DNA of 64,000 nt from NCBI GenBank assembly GCA_036172245.1, contig JAYWIR010000012.1:682001-746000 (forward strand), read 5' to 3'. The notes beneath the pieces are model-generated. The model was not told the DNA's origin and did not search any database. It saw only the letters and a program-made list of their open reading frames with translations. Every line of letters begins with the position of its first letter. The first letter of the stretch is position 1. This document shows, one piece after another, positions 16,301 to 31,300 of this stretch. Source of the DNA: Raillietiella orientalis. Its lineage: Eukaryota. A program made the translations under genes and the position numbers.

Positions 16301-19300
16301 CTAATTCTATGAAAGGCAAAGAATAACTACAGCCATAGCAGAAGCACATTTTCTACTGCTTTGTGAAAACATCAAGTTGGAGGCCTTGGTAGCATGGAAA
16401 GGTTGCTCCTTAGTTAAAATAATTTTCCTGGCCAGATGTCCAAGAGCTTCCTAAGACGCAGGTTTTTTCAAAATTCTCTGCAAATCGAATTACTAGATTT
16501 TGTGAGAAGGAAGCGACTACTAGGTGTGGAGATACTACGCCATCTAAAGCTAATAATAACCTGTGCCAGAACTGGGTTTTAATATTAATAAAAGATCACT
16601 TAAACGGAATCACACTGGTCACCATTTCACATAATTATCGGTATCAGATGAACTTCGTGTTTCGCCTATGCCGCTGTTCCACGATGGACCACAACAAACG
16701 ACCACACTTCCCACAATAAATCAGAGAATTCCACTTCCAATTCTCATTCGGAAGCAAATAAGTGTTTAAGCAACCATTTCACATTAACAAGAATCCTGAC
16801 AGGTTGAGGCGAGTACTTTATAAAGTGAGAAAGAGTACAATTTTGATCCATCACATCATAAATAGAAGCTTTTGAGAGGTTCTGAATTCAGCCACTGGAC
16901 ATAATATTCGGCACCTCAGAGCATTGAAGAGAAGGTACCGATGCATTATAAGCAACATACATTGAAATCGAAGCATCATTAAGAATAAGTCTAAAAAATA
17001 AAAATCTCAAACGATTGCAAAGGCGATTCGATTCAGAGTACTCTCGTGATGATAATCTCGTAATTTAATATCCTAACAACTGTTTTCCAAAGTCCACGAA
17101 GTGCTGAATGTAGGAAAAATGGCCACAGTAATCACCTACTTTTCCTTCCATATTACTTTTGCCCTTTTCCTCGAACATAAGTACTGTTTTATGATAGTCC
17201 TTACTATCGAAAAAAGAAATAATAATATCCTTCTACAAAGACTATAGGCTATTGTCAGTGTATGCGAAAGTACACAATCCAGTGATCCTTCGACATACAA
17301 TCATTTGTATGAAACGATATCCACTTGCAAGTTTTGAAAAATGGAAAGCAAGCTATTGGTATCTTCTTTTACAGGTTTGAAGAAAAGAAGATGATGTGCA
17401 TTAAGATGGTCAATAGGGGTGACCTTTGTCATTTGGCACGCGAACTGCATGGCATTGTATGTGGGATCATGATGCGTTACCTAATCAAGACACTCTTTTT
17501 TTGAGTTTCACAAGTTGCATTCTATTCTACAGTTTATTGTAACAGAAATATTCGATTTCTTTCACACATCAAGTCGATAATAAAACCCATGAAGATCTTT
17601 ATTAAAAAATTTCAAGGCTATTCATTCGGTAGAAAACTAGAATCTGCAAAAACTTCTGCAATAGCATAAATTAGTGCTCCATTTGCCCAGATGAAGAAGA
17701 ACACATACGCTTTCTTATTTTTACTCCACGTCTCTGTTATTATTTAGTGGATTACATCCATCCTCGCACAAATGGTTCGGCTTTATACAGCTTGCAAGGG
17801 ATCTTTGGGCTTTCTGAAACCTCTCAGGGAAAACACACTTTATTCGTGACCTGCTTCTCGTCACTTTTCTGATTGATTACGGTGGTTACAGCACATACGG
17901 TTATGACTACAACCAAAAATGCTGTACCAGTCCATACGTCAGGAGATTTACTTTCTTTTCTAACGGATGAGAGCAAACTGAATCCACTGCTTTAAGGTAT
18001 TCAGTATCCAGTTGCTGCAGAAATGCTTAATCTCTCGAACGAACCCTTGGACAATTACATTACAAGACTTCATAATTATTTTTAAAATCCTTTTTTCGAT
18101 TAATACATTTGGATATCCTTTGATCTGTTTTTTCCTTTTTTGCCCTTTCTAGTCATATGATATCATAATATGTTCTAAGATCAAAACAATATTTCCCAAT
18201 TTCTTATTAAAGTTCCGCAAGTCAGTATCATGGAGTGCAGAGATTCAGAGCTGCACATATCCACACATGAGGAAGAATTCAGAAGGCATAAAGAGATAAA
18301 TCGACCAGACATCATCCAGCTAGAAATGATTTCAAAACAATAATTTCGCATGGTCAAAAACCCAGGCAGATTAATTAGTGGGTGCAAGAAAAAGACTTAC
18401 TTTTAGATCTTTTTTTAACTGCCCTTTTAAAGAAATGCTTTGGTTGTCAGTTCTTTCTTAGCGACGATAAAAAAATAATAATAATAGCTTTGGCAAAGTA
18501 CTTCAAACTTCGAAACGCAATTCACTGATTACGTAACATCCATGTGTGACATATGAGCACTAGCAAAACTGGGTAATGTAATTAAAACCACAGGGAAATG
18601 GAATTACATGAAATGAGGGAAAGCAGCATTAGTCATTGCAATTACCGGTCATTACATATCTCAGTACTTTTGTAGTTGTTTTTGTTCTTAGAGGAAGGAG
18701 CGAGGGGTTACTAGACATGACTGCAGACTAACGCTTTGCTGACCAACTTTCCTTATATTCACACATAAAAAATGAATTCAAATGAAAAAGAAAAAGAAAG
18801 CATTTTAGGAAATGAAAGAACGGAAACTTAAAAGAAAGAAACTGCTGACGATCCAGTGCTTGTGATCCTTATAACCCATATACGATATCCACACCTTCAA
18901 GATATCTATAGTTATCCATATCATTAAAAAAGGACAGAAAAATACTCACACGAGATAAAAAAAGGAACCGTGAAAATTTCAAAATGAAATGAATGCTGCA
19001 AAGCGCCTGGGGGTCTCTTAGTTGCCTACATAATAATGGTAGTAGGAAAGCAAACTATAAAGGTATTAGATGGCTGAATGATCAATCAGAATGTGCAGAA
19101 TGGAGACCCCAGTTCAGCTTGCAAAATAAAACTGGGCATTTAGCTATTCAAAACTCGACTATGTGAATCGCGAAAGCTACAACATCGACGATTCAGTCTT
19201 CTCAGGGTTACCAGATATTTCTGAACGGTTTCTTAGAATTGCTGCTATGAATGATTGTAATTTTATGGCTTCAGCCTTGAATGATACAGAAAAAAGGCCT

Positions 19301-22300
19301 GCTGGAAAAATTAACAGCATTCAGTAGATCCTATGGTTAGTTTCGTCGTCCGCAGCAGCATCAAAAGCGAAAAAATCATTCTAGTGGCGACACAAGCAAG
19401 ATCGTTCTTCTTAAAGGCATAACTTGCAAAGGCAGCAATTACATTACTCGAATCAATCGGAAACTGAATGAAATTAGAACTTTCAAATCAGAACAATTAA
19501 ATTATTGTTTTGAGTCTTCGGAAATTTCACTGAATTGAGATAGTGTAATAATAATAATAATAGAAAAGTGATAGTACATTGAATAGCAGGAACGAAGAGA
19601 GTCTGCAACGGTTGCAGGAAGTTTTCGCAAACTTATCTTCAAAAAAGTTGTTTGAACCAAATAAGCAGTTAGGTAATGAAATGCACACACAACGAAATGA
19701 AAAGCATACGCGGTAAAGAAGCTGAAGGGGGAATGCAATCACGTGATTGCTTTGCTCTCCAGCAGGAATATGAGGGCTCGCTTTCCCGGGAAGGCACAAA
19801 AAACTGACCCTCCCTAAGGATAAAAACAATCGTAGAAATCTCTGAAATTGATGTTTCAAAAGAAAAGAAAAAAAAAAAAAAAAATGGAGGGAAGTCCTTA
19901 ATGTAGGGGAAACAACTGCAAAAGGTTTTTAGTAAAGAAGATGGGCCGTGAAAAGGAAATCACACGATTGCAGTGGATTTACAAAAAGAATTACTGCAAG
20001 ACACCTTTCCAAACACAAATTCACAAAATAAACCAAATAAATCTTCTTCCCACACAGATGAGGAGACAAGGTTCCTTATAACAAAGACAGAAACCAATAT
20101 CCGTTTGCTCGAACTTCCAAACCTGGTCGAGAGTTGTATTAATGCCCTCCATGTTACGGATAAATACTAATGAGTGAATTCCAATATTGCAAGAGAATCC
20201 TGAAGTAAGCATCATTCCCAATCATACGCTTGCAACAAAACAATCATTTACAACTACTGGGAGCCTACTCTTCCAGAAGGGAAGAATAAGTGGTGCATAC
20301 TGGTTAAAGTGGGCTGAATCAGCTGTGGCAGCACAGATGTAGATAAGGTTTACATATGGGAAATGCGAACCAGATCAAGGAATGGGAATGCTTTCAAATA
20401 AGTTCTGGGGCAAGAATTTGGACGCTTCTTTTGGATGCCTGTTGGTGAAACCTACGGAATCAATTATGTGCACTCGACTTCTTGCAAGGAGAAACCAAAA
20501 AAAACTCCACGGACAGAATGGCGAAAATATCCCACACAAGCAGAGGATTCCAGAGTGTCAAGAGTGACCAAATTAATTCGCAGTTTCGACGACATTAGAT
20601 GGACCTCTTCACTGCACAAGAGTAGGAACGAGAACCCAGGTCAAGCCAATTGGTAAGATGACGCAGGAGCAGCGTTGGATAGACACGTCTGCATCTCAGA
20701 AACGCAAAAGGAAGATCAACAGAAAAATAATGAAGGAATGCATCGCCAACTGTTTTGATTACAATTCACGCTAATAAATTTCTGGAAGAACATTCTGTAA
20801 TAACCATGTCCTACTCGCTTTCATTTTCCGAGCTGAAATAAATTGTAAACAACATTTTTTTTTTACATGAAAACCATAGTGAGTACGGCTCGGATACTTT
20901 CTGATGTAAGGAAAAACAAATCCTTGTCCCACTATGATCAAAAAGTTGGAATGACGATGTTGGATTCACTGTAAAGGCAGAATGTGTTGTTTTAATAATT
21001 ACAAACGACTGATTTTTCAAAAGCCTCTGCTAGTGCCTGCTGGTTCTTGCAAAATCTTTCCCATTTCGAGACTCCTAATTCGCGTGTGGGCGTGTTTTTT
21101 TTTTTTTTTAACCGCTAATTACGAAGTCAAATGATTTCCAACAGGCTCATTCAACATTCATGAGAGCTGATACCGTAATCAAGAGCTTGAATGGGAAATC
21201 AAGTGTCCAATCAGCAATGATTGGTTTTCGTCCGATAGTAACGTTTACATTACTTCGCTTCGAACCTATTCGATTTCACACATCACACATACGGCAACAT
21301 TTTCGGATTTACAGTTTACCGAATACACTTAAATGAAAATGTCAACGGTATTTTAGAAGGAGAGAGAATCGTGGAAGTACAAGGACTGGATACATGGGCT
21401 AATGAAAGCGCAGTAACCGAAAGTACCTATTAAATCATGTTACATTCACTGAAACTATTATTTGAAAGCAGTGCTCCACCTCTCTGAAACCAAAAAAAAA
21501 AAAAAAAACGAATTTATGAAGCCTTGAGTTGATCTTCAGTCAAAAGGTTTGCAAAGAAAGTAAGGGCAAAACAAGATGAACCTTCATCTTCACTTGGTTA
21601 AAACCGGAAACGTGCAAACATCCAATAGTAGGCTCCTATTATCTTTCATACACAGATTCGACAACTTTGAGAAAAATTCTGCAGTTGATGCTCATTAATG
21701 TTCATTAAAAATTCGACTTCTCAGTAAAATGCTTACACTGCTACTGCAGCAGTGCGCAATCGAATTTGCTTCAAGAGTAAAAGGCAAAAAACAAATTCCG
21801 TTGAGACCATTATAACACAGTAATCAGTAGAAGATATTAATAAAAAAACAATCAAGATTGTACAGTAATGTCACGAATTAAATGGAAAGCTATGCACTAA
21901 GATGACCGAAACAAAAATTCTGGAAAGGTCGAAAATCTGAAAAAGAGCTGTCATTACTTTTCTGCAGCTTGCAATCTGCAGTGCATAAATTATGAAAGCC
22001 TTCAGGCTTTCATAATTTATGTCTCATTTTGATAATATCCAAGACATAATCCTTCCCAACATATTTCAATACCCAATGCTAATAACCATCAAATCATGTC
22101 AAAAATACATCAACCATCCAATAAAAAGACAATTGTAATAGGGAATAAAAAACTTCGTTTTGATAGACACACTGATGGAAACGATATCGGAACTGAAATA
22201 TCTACAAATTATAGCACTTTCACAATATAGTGTACATGGAAATATATGTGTGTATTCTGCCATATATGCATACAAAAAAAATTCATGGTGCAGTACATAA

Positions 22301-25300
22301 AAGGAAAATCTCGACAATTTTAGCATTAAAACAAAAGCAACTTAGCAGATTTTTTATTCACTGTTCACACCTTCCTTATATACGAAAAATAATTAATCTG
22401 CAGGCATGTATTTGACATGGTGTGCCTGAGAATCGACATTCAAATGTTTATTTCTATTGCTATACTCAATCTATAGATCTGATTAGAATTTAAATTTAAA
22501 TTAATCGAGAAAAACATTAAAAATGAAAATTCCGATTGGGATACTTCTCAATGAACATGCATTTAATAGCAAAACGATCTACATGTATTATTAAAACGTT
22601 TTTGATGCAGCTTCCAAGAAAAAACAAACGATCTCAGAAGTAACATACCTGGAATTTCCACGTAATGCTGCAAGGTGAAGCACATTGAAACCATCATTAT
22701 TGGTAACGCTAATATCCGCTTTATAATCAAGAAGCAAAGAAACCATGTTTTCTCGTTTTTTAAACACAGCATCATGGAGAGGGGTATCACCTTCTGCATC
22801 TTGTAGAGAAGGATGGCATCTTTTTTGCATCAAGGTTTTTGCCACATTTAGAAATCCTTTGTTAACAGCAATATGTAGTGCTGTTTGACGTTTCTTGTTT
22901 CGTGCATTCAGATCTGCATCCGCATTTGCTAGTTCTTCGATAATTGCAGGTTCATCTCCATGCACTGCATGATGCACTGCACGATCTCCATCTTTGTCCT
23001 AATAAAAGTAATGCAGTCACTTGATAACGTTGATAGTTCATTTTCATTACCTCAAGCTCAATGTCAGCATGATACATCAAAAGAACACGCAATACTTCCA
23101 TGTGACCATTCTGACATGCTATATGCAAAGCAGTAACTCCCAAAAATTGATCATTGACTCCAACTTCCTCACGTTTCAACAATTCTTCACATTTTTGCCA
23201 ATCTCCACTGCTAGCAGCTTTAAAAAGCTCCTCAGCAGAATCACCAGATTCATGCTTTTCAAAAAGCTTCTTTAGTAAAGTACTCATGCATTCTAAGAAG
23301 AATTTGGGATGAAACAAAATTATGGCTGAAAATCAGATTTGCACCTAATGGTGGTGGAGGAGTGGATTCTGCTTGATTCGAAGTCACCTTGATGACAGCA
23401 GCAGGATTATAAGTCCATGTTGTCCCGCACACTTCAACTTTTAAATCATTATCATGATAGATTTGAATTACCCGACCAAGTTGGCCTAGAGTCTGAAATT
23501 GCGTTCATTATCACAGATTTCAGGAAATCCGCATTCTCACTGGTTGCATAGCATCTGCCCACTCTCCATGGTTTCTTTGTAAAATTTTCATACGATCAAG
23601 GTCTGAACAGATTTGCACCATGTCTCCAACGGAAAATTGCGAATTGCCCCATTCCAAAGTTCCAGACGAATTACTGCCCACTTTGGTAAGAACAGCTGGA
23701 TTGAAAGTCCATCGATTGCCGTTTGGATAATACACCACAATGTCATGATCCTCATCAATGCTGACAACTGTTCCAATTGTTCCCAAACATTCAAACATGT
23801 TATCGGTCCATCCTCCATGACCATGTTGTAGATTTTGAATCAATTCAAGGTCTAGTTCAATAGCTACCTAACATTGTTTTCGGTGATTACGATGGACAGA
23901 AATATGCACTCAACCTGATCACCGATGCAAAGCCCCATGGGACCTGATGTACTGTACTGCTGTTTACCAAGAAGTGGAAGATGATCTTTGTAAACACTTC
24001 CCCCTTTTGCATCTGCAACCACTTTTAAGTCAACCTAGGCAAAGCAACCATTAAACAAATGTTGAACGAAACTACTCAATAAATATAGACGAAACAGTAA
24101 ACGAACAAATAGTTACGTTCAAACAATTGCATAATAATAATGCAAACGTGCTAAAGGATTTACCAATGGTATCAAATATCCAATCTCCGGATTTAGAATT
24201 GGTTACACTCAAATGAGTATATAAATTTAATGATACACACAGTACTATAATAAGTTCATTGTTTTATTTCTCCTGATATTTACAATCAATCTTCCTTTTC
24301 GTACTAAATTCTTCAATAATTCAATATTTTCTTATAGTCAAGAATTCTCAAGATCATTAACATTCTACATAATATTTTAAGAAATCCAATCTGATTGGAG
24401 GAGTACCATCTGCGATAGCACATCTTCATGGAACTCAACTTACTATTTCATGAATGCGGCAGCTGCAAATCATTTTAAGTCAAATGCCGCAAATCTTTTT
24501 TCTGCCTTCAGAATGAAGAGAAAGTGAACAGGTAGTGTACTCGAAAAGTGTAGAACTAGATTGCCATTTAATATTCTTTTTCAAAATGTGACCTAATTAA
24601 TCATTGAATAGTACACTCCAGCATGCTTGTTGTCTTTCTTTTAAATATTTTGAATCAGTTTGTAATATATTCCCATTCATAATTGCAAAGTTTTACTCAT
24701 GTATTACTGTCTCTTACTTCCTTTCCTGATCATGATTCAAATGATTCCATCCTAAGAGCAAAGCATTTTCTTGAAAGCAGAATTTGTAATTAAAGCTGAT
24801 TTCACGAATTTTTAAAATGTAAATGATAGTTTTCATTTCTAATATGAAATTGTATGACTGCAGTTTTTGACTTGTTTTATTCACAATTCTTCTTTAGAAA
24901 TAACATTTTTTTTATTACAAATGTCTCTTGTGCTTTAAGACAAATTAAGGATGCATATACACTTCAAGGACAAGCTGAAGACAAATCACCACAGTATTTG
25001 CATAAACAGACACAACTCCTTCAATCATAAAAGCTCTAAATTGTAATAAAAGGGAATGCATTTTTACCAACAGACAGTAATAAACTTCGAAAAACAGAAT
25101 TTTTTATCAACAAAGGGACTACTGGTTACTACTATCTGGGAGATGATTCATATTTGAGTTCGTCTTTTAAACTCTCCTTTGGCTTTGCCATTTATACAAC
25201 TAACAATTTAATTGTAATTCCATTCAATTACACTTTTGTTTCCATGAGATGTCATTTTATTTTTTCTTTCCCAAATTTTCCGTTTACTTTTTCTCCTTAA

Positions 25301-28300
25301 CTTTACGTGAAATCTTCGTGTACTCAATTGTTTTCAAATTGGTATTAATCCAGGGGCTGGAAATCGGAAATACGGATAAGGAAATTCATGATAAAAACGA
25401 AACTGCATTCACCAAGTTTCTTTCAATTTATATTTAAAGTTTTTGTGGGATAAGCTGGGGGCAGAGAATTCACTTCGTATAAACCGAATCGTACAACAAG
25501 TACTCTTCTTGCGAAGTAAAATAGCATTATTAAAGTAAACTTAATGCACTTGATGAAGTTTCATTTTATTAATGAAATCGTAAATAAGCCTGATGGAAAA
25601 TTATAATTAGTCTGCAATTATTGCTGGCTGTGATTAAATGGAGACTGGGTTTGTTATTTTCATAAAGCTAGTGTGTCTTCATACTGATGTCATGGTTTCT
25701 TGCCTTCATAATTCATTTCTCTTTAACAATTTTCAGAAAGATTTTAATAATTTACAGTTACTCACTACCTCTAATTAAGCCCATCTTCATAAGGGTAATA
25801 TTGAAACATTATTATATTCTCTTGATTCACTAAAAATTTGTAGCCAAAGTTTGCTTTAAGTACCATTTCAATATGACAATTTAAACTCCTTTTCATGAAA
25901 TGGAAGATTTCGATAGTATAACATCAGTTTTTCCATAGGTTTCCATAACTTACATAGTTTCTGCAAAATTTTCAGATGGGAAAGGCGAAATGGGAAAAAA
26001 ATTCCTTTATGATTATTGATCATTCAAAAGTTCAATATTTTGATATTTTTGATCAAAAAAAAAAAGGAAAATACCTCAACTTCCCTTCCCACTCAAAGAA
26101 CTCATAACTGCAGCATTAAAAATATTCTCAAAATACTCTAAGATTGTTTTCAAGATTTCCAGTTCTTTATGCTAAAATAATTTTTTTCCAGTAATCAGTT
26201 TGCACAAAACAAAAGAGATGCATGCCTATAATTATTATTTTTATTTTTTTAATGAAACAATTAAACATCATATAGAGATCTACTGCCAATCTTTCCATCC
26301 TAAATTTGAATATTTCACTCCTTAAAAAGGACCTCAAAAATGATAGATTTTCGATTGTTCCCTAGATATTTTGTTCTTTTCATTCCATTTGTCCAAAATT
26401 CAATTTTTTAAAATTCTTTCTTATGCAACAAAGGATTTTAAACACTATACAATGAATATTGTAAGGTTGATCTAATAAACATTTATACTGATTCATTACA
26501 CATTTTACAAACGTTCTACAGTCAAAACTACATTTTGCAAACAAACCAAAACAGCATTTAATACTCAAAATAAAAAAGTTGTTAAGATAATACAGATAAT
26601 CAAAGCAAACTGCAGAAGTAATTTGTTAATTAAAAAAGTAAAACATCTATTCATGAAACCAATCAGTCAAACTCTAAAGATTAAGAACCTGTTAATTTGA
26701 TTTCAACTAAGAAATATGAATCTGGGAAACTGGAAAATATTATGCAATACAGAAATAAGTCGATATTTTTCCGGGAATTCCGTTATAAAATTAAAGAAAA
26801 CAAAGATTACCATGCCCTCAAAACCAACACGATACAAATTTTTGGAACCGTTATCCCAAATGACATGAGCTGCTGAACGTGGACTATTTGAGGACCAATT
26901 CTGTATTTCAGTAACCTTGCCTCGCTCCCAGTTACCACCATCCTGGTCATCCCATTGCCAATCAACCCCACGGACCACTCTTGCTCCTACAAAAATTCCT
27001 CTCACAACAACTTTCTTGCTTTTTCTACGAGGTTCAATGAGAAATCTGAAAACAAAGGGCATTGCAGCTGTTTTGCACTTTGATTTCCATACCTATCTAC
27101 ACCATCAGTGTACAATAAATGAGTGTAGCAATAAAATTTATGTCTTAAATTATGTTTGTCACCATGATAACAGGATGAACAGAGATCATAGTTGGAACAT
27201 ATGGCACACTTCCAACGAATTCCATAAATGGGTTGCTGATGACAAGAGTCACAAATTGTGCCATCATGCTTTAAACCTGTGAATATACAATAATATCAAT
27301 AGCATGTTATTTAATGAACTAAGATATTTTTCGAAAACACAAGACAACAATGCATTTAATGTAACAGATACACAGCAATGCAGAAATATGCCATAATTAG
27401 ATTACAAAATACAAACCAAGTTGAAACAGTCTATGAGTTCATTGTGTGGGGCAAAAAGTTTACATTGACGAATTTTTACTTCAATGTTATTACCAAACTA
27501 ATACTGTGATGAAATTAATTCTAAAAGTGCTTATCACGTTTTCTGCCTACTTATTTTTATGATGTAACCTTTAGATACCAAAAAATCACAATGACGAATA
27601 CATCTGTGTTTTGCATTTACATTTTTTCTTTACAGAACTGAAAATGAGTAGATGCATAATTATATCATCATTTTAGACAAAACGGTTGTCAGAGCATTTA
27701 TCCTGCTGAAAATATGAATACCATTGTAAAAATCATTTTTCAATACTTGGAAATGCTCAGAATTTCTAATGAGTTAATGAAATAAGCAAACTAAATATTA
27801 AAATGAATATTAACTCCAATACAAATACGAATAAGGTTTAACTACGAAACATTTCTCTCTCAAATCACTTGAGAATATTTTTCCTCACCACATGATACTT
27901 ATGCATTCATCAGAGTGTGAAGGACTTTTTAATTTTTACCCATAACCTCAATATTTGTTCGACATTCACGTCAGGAGTTTTGATGTTAATGTAAATCCAA
28001 ACAGTGATGGTAAAGAAAACTTAAAAAGTAATTGCTTTGAATCTCTCTATCATCCAATGTACCAATCCATTTAATTTGCTTCATGTGGATTAAATAAAAC
28101 CTTTCTTGGTTATTATTTCTGTCTTTCTTGTTGTTGACTGTTTTGCTAATGCACATGAAATCTTTGTGTCATGCTATGTTGCAACCCATCATCCATCTGA
28201 CTGAATAAGATACATGTTTTTCGGTGCCAGTTTCCAACATTTTGATGCCACAGCAATAAAGCAGGATTTCTGATTGGGTCATAAATTCTAGGACTTATTT

Positions 28301-31300
28301 CAAGTTAAGTTTCTTGGTGTGTATGTGTTAATGATATCTAGTTTCCTAAATAAGGAATTCGTACTTTCTGCAGCTTCAAAAACCATTTCATCCTTTCATT
28401 TTGTAACATTCCTATTTAAACATCGACCATAATTCAGTTGTCATGTGTTATTTAGAATGTGGTACCTAGGGCACAGTCAACATTTGATAGGTTTTTTATT
28501 TTTCTTATGACTGCATGTTAATTCACAGATTTAAAAGTAACAAAAAGACATGGAAATATCTTTCAAAGATTAAAGCATAACAAGTAAGAAATTTGTTAAA
28601 ATTTGTAAGTCCAGCACACCTCTTCATGGAAATACATTTGAATGCTGCCCCAAAATGAAAACTCTAAAGTTAACTTTAATGAATTGTTCCCTGTTAACAA
28701 AGAAACACATGCAGTAGTTGTTTGTCAGTTACCAAAAGTAAGCTCAAAGATAAGAAAAAGGTTTTAAATTCATTTCTGCAAAGGACAAATGTTTAATCAG
28801 TGTCAAGCCACCATATTCCTTCAAAGACACTTACAAAATACAAGACAATGGGCAAAGATGTGATATTTAGAAAAAACTTTAATCACTATGTTCACCACGT
28901 TCAAATATACAGGAAATAAAAGCAACATGGAATGAAAACATGCGATTCAATGCAATATTATAAATGAATACGATAAACATATAATAGATGTAATGCATAT
29001 CTATTAGAGATGCATATAAAAGGAGAAAAATTCAGACTGCATCATTTTCGGACTTTTGATTAAATCACTACGAATTCATGTAATCCTGATGGGGAATAAG
29101 AAACAAAGGAAGGTAAACATGAAATCCTAGTTCAGTTGTGAAAACTACATCATCCTTGATTTCAGCATTTCAATGAATTTTAATCCCATCAGCAATATTA
29201 TGCATTACATTTAAATGCAATAATTCAAATCCGGATTTGTTCCCTTGGGCTTCCTTTTTAAAAAAAGACTGCTTATTTTGATTGTAATAAAATCATTCTC
29301 TTTCATTAAATTTTGTTGGGTTGCCTCAATTTCACTTGCTTTCTCATTTTCACCACTGAAACCTTTGATACAATACTAAAAAACTTCCAGGAAGCTTCCA
29401 GGAAGCTTGCATGGATATTTGAAACTTGAACTCTAAATATTACAAGAATTTGCTAAGCAAAAATTTAATTATCAATTAACAATAGCACTAATGAGTCATT
29501 AACTGCGTCCACTGATTATCTATTATGTTTAATATAAGCATGTAAGTTCATATAATAGTTTATCATTTATAATATTTATTTTAAACTTATATATTGCAGA
29601 TATGAGAAAACTTCCCATTTAACTCCGAATTCTATATCAATTGGATGCTCGCATCACTCTGAGTAAATATACTGGACTTACCAGCTGAAGCACTATCATA
29701 AATCCTTAAGTCATAAGCCTTGTAACATCGATAGTTTGCTGCAGTGCCATTATCCCACACTACGACAACTTCTTCTGGAGATTCAAAATTTCTGATAGTT
29801 CCCACATGCCACTCTCCACCATCCTGAACAAAGCACGATAGAGGTATTCATAATGAAATGTTACAGAATAATAAGCACCTTCTGTCTTGCAACTAATTTA
29901 CAATTCAGAACAATTTCAAGGGATAACTTAAACAAAGTGTCATAGGGTGCAAGATTCAAATATCATTTGAAATAATCAAAGTGAACACTGTCACCAAACT
30001 TCTTATAATGATTTCATGTGATCTAGTATTGAATGAAAACGTTGGTGTTGAGTGATACAATGGCTTATGAAATAACAATGACTTTTAAAATGAACATAAT
30101 AAAATGATACAAAAACGACTGCATGACTGAAATTCATAATGGACTCCCTGGGTGTTTAGATTAAAATATCAGCAATCTATCCAGATAAAGTCGGTTTTTC
30201 CTATAAAAAGAAATTTGTTCCATATTTAATGATCAAATGAAATAACAGTATTTCACATGATATGCATCTAATGCTTAATAATAAACTGAATTGCTGAAAC
30301 ATTTTGTTGGATTTTCCACATTAAAAATGTCTAAAGTTCCTAAAATCTTTATCTCATTAGTAAATTATTTGTGAAAGATGTTCGTCATACAAGAGTTGGG
30401 TCAAACTTTCCTCCAAACACATTAGTTGGATTCTTAATACATTGAGTGCAGATTTATTCTGTACATCTTTTTGAAATGCGCATATGACACAAGGTATATA
30501 TCTAACCTGTAAATTAATTAGAAATGATTTTTGGGCACGCTTTGAAAGGGAAAATCATTATCACAATCATGATCATTACACATCACAGAAGAAGAAAAGT
30601 TGCTAGTGGTTAAATTCCGAACCCGGATTCAATTAACAGATTAACAAATAGTTCAGTTGAATTGGAAGAGAAATTAATGCAAATTCTAAATGAGAATCAT
30701 TCTTTAAATTGCATACTTTCCAATGACACTGAAACATGGCTTTCACTTTCTTGTTTTACAATGTATTCACAGTATTTACATGACTGTAATTTTACAGAAT
30801 TCGAAATCAGTGTTTCAGACTAATGAATTTGAGTCAACAGTTAAGAACACATGGAACAGACTTGAAATGTATTTAATTTTGCATGTAATGAATCTGTACT
30901 TAGGAAATAAATGCTTCAATCAAACACAAAAAAGCATTATTGTACACCCATGCTTACAACAATTTCCTAAGGCATAAAAAGTGTCTGTCACATGTGATGG
31001 TATGTTTTAAAACTTAGCTTAAAAAAATTGGATTACTTATTCTCGCAAAAAAAACTGTTAATGTGCAAAACGCTAGTGTAATTTTAAATTTTTTCAAGTA
31101 CTTTAGCTTGTTTTCTTATTTATGGAGAAGTTTTTGGTGTAGAATTTTTCTCTAGTCAATTTTGCATGCTCTCATTTGGAATTGCTGGCTCTGTTTACCA
31201 GCCAATCCAAATTTCTTTTCATTCTACACAATCTAGAAAATACATTTTCAAATCCAACACCAAATAATACTTTGACAAATCATAATTCTTTAAATCTACC

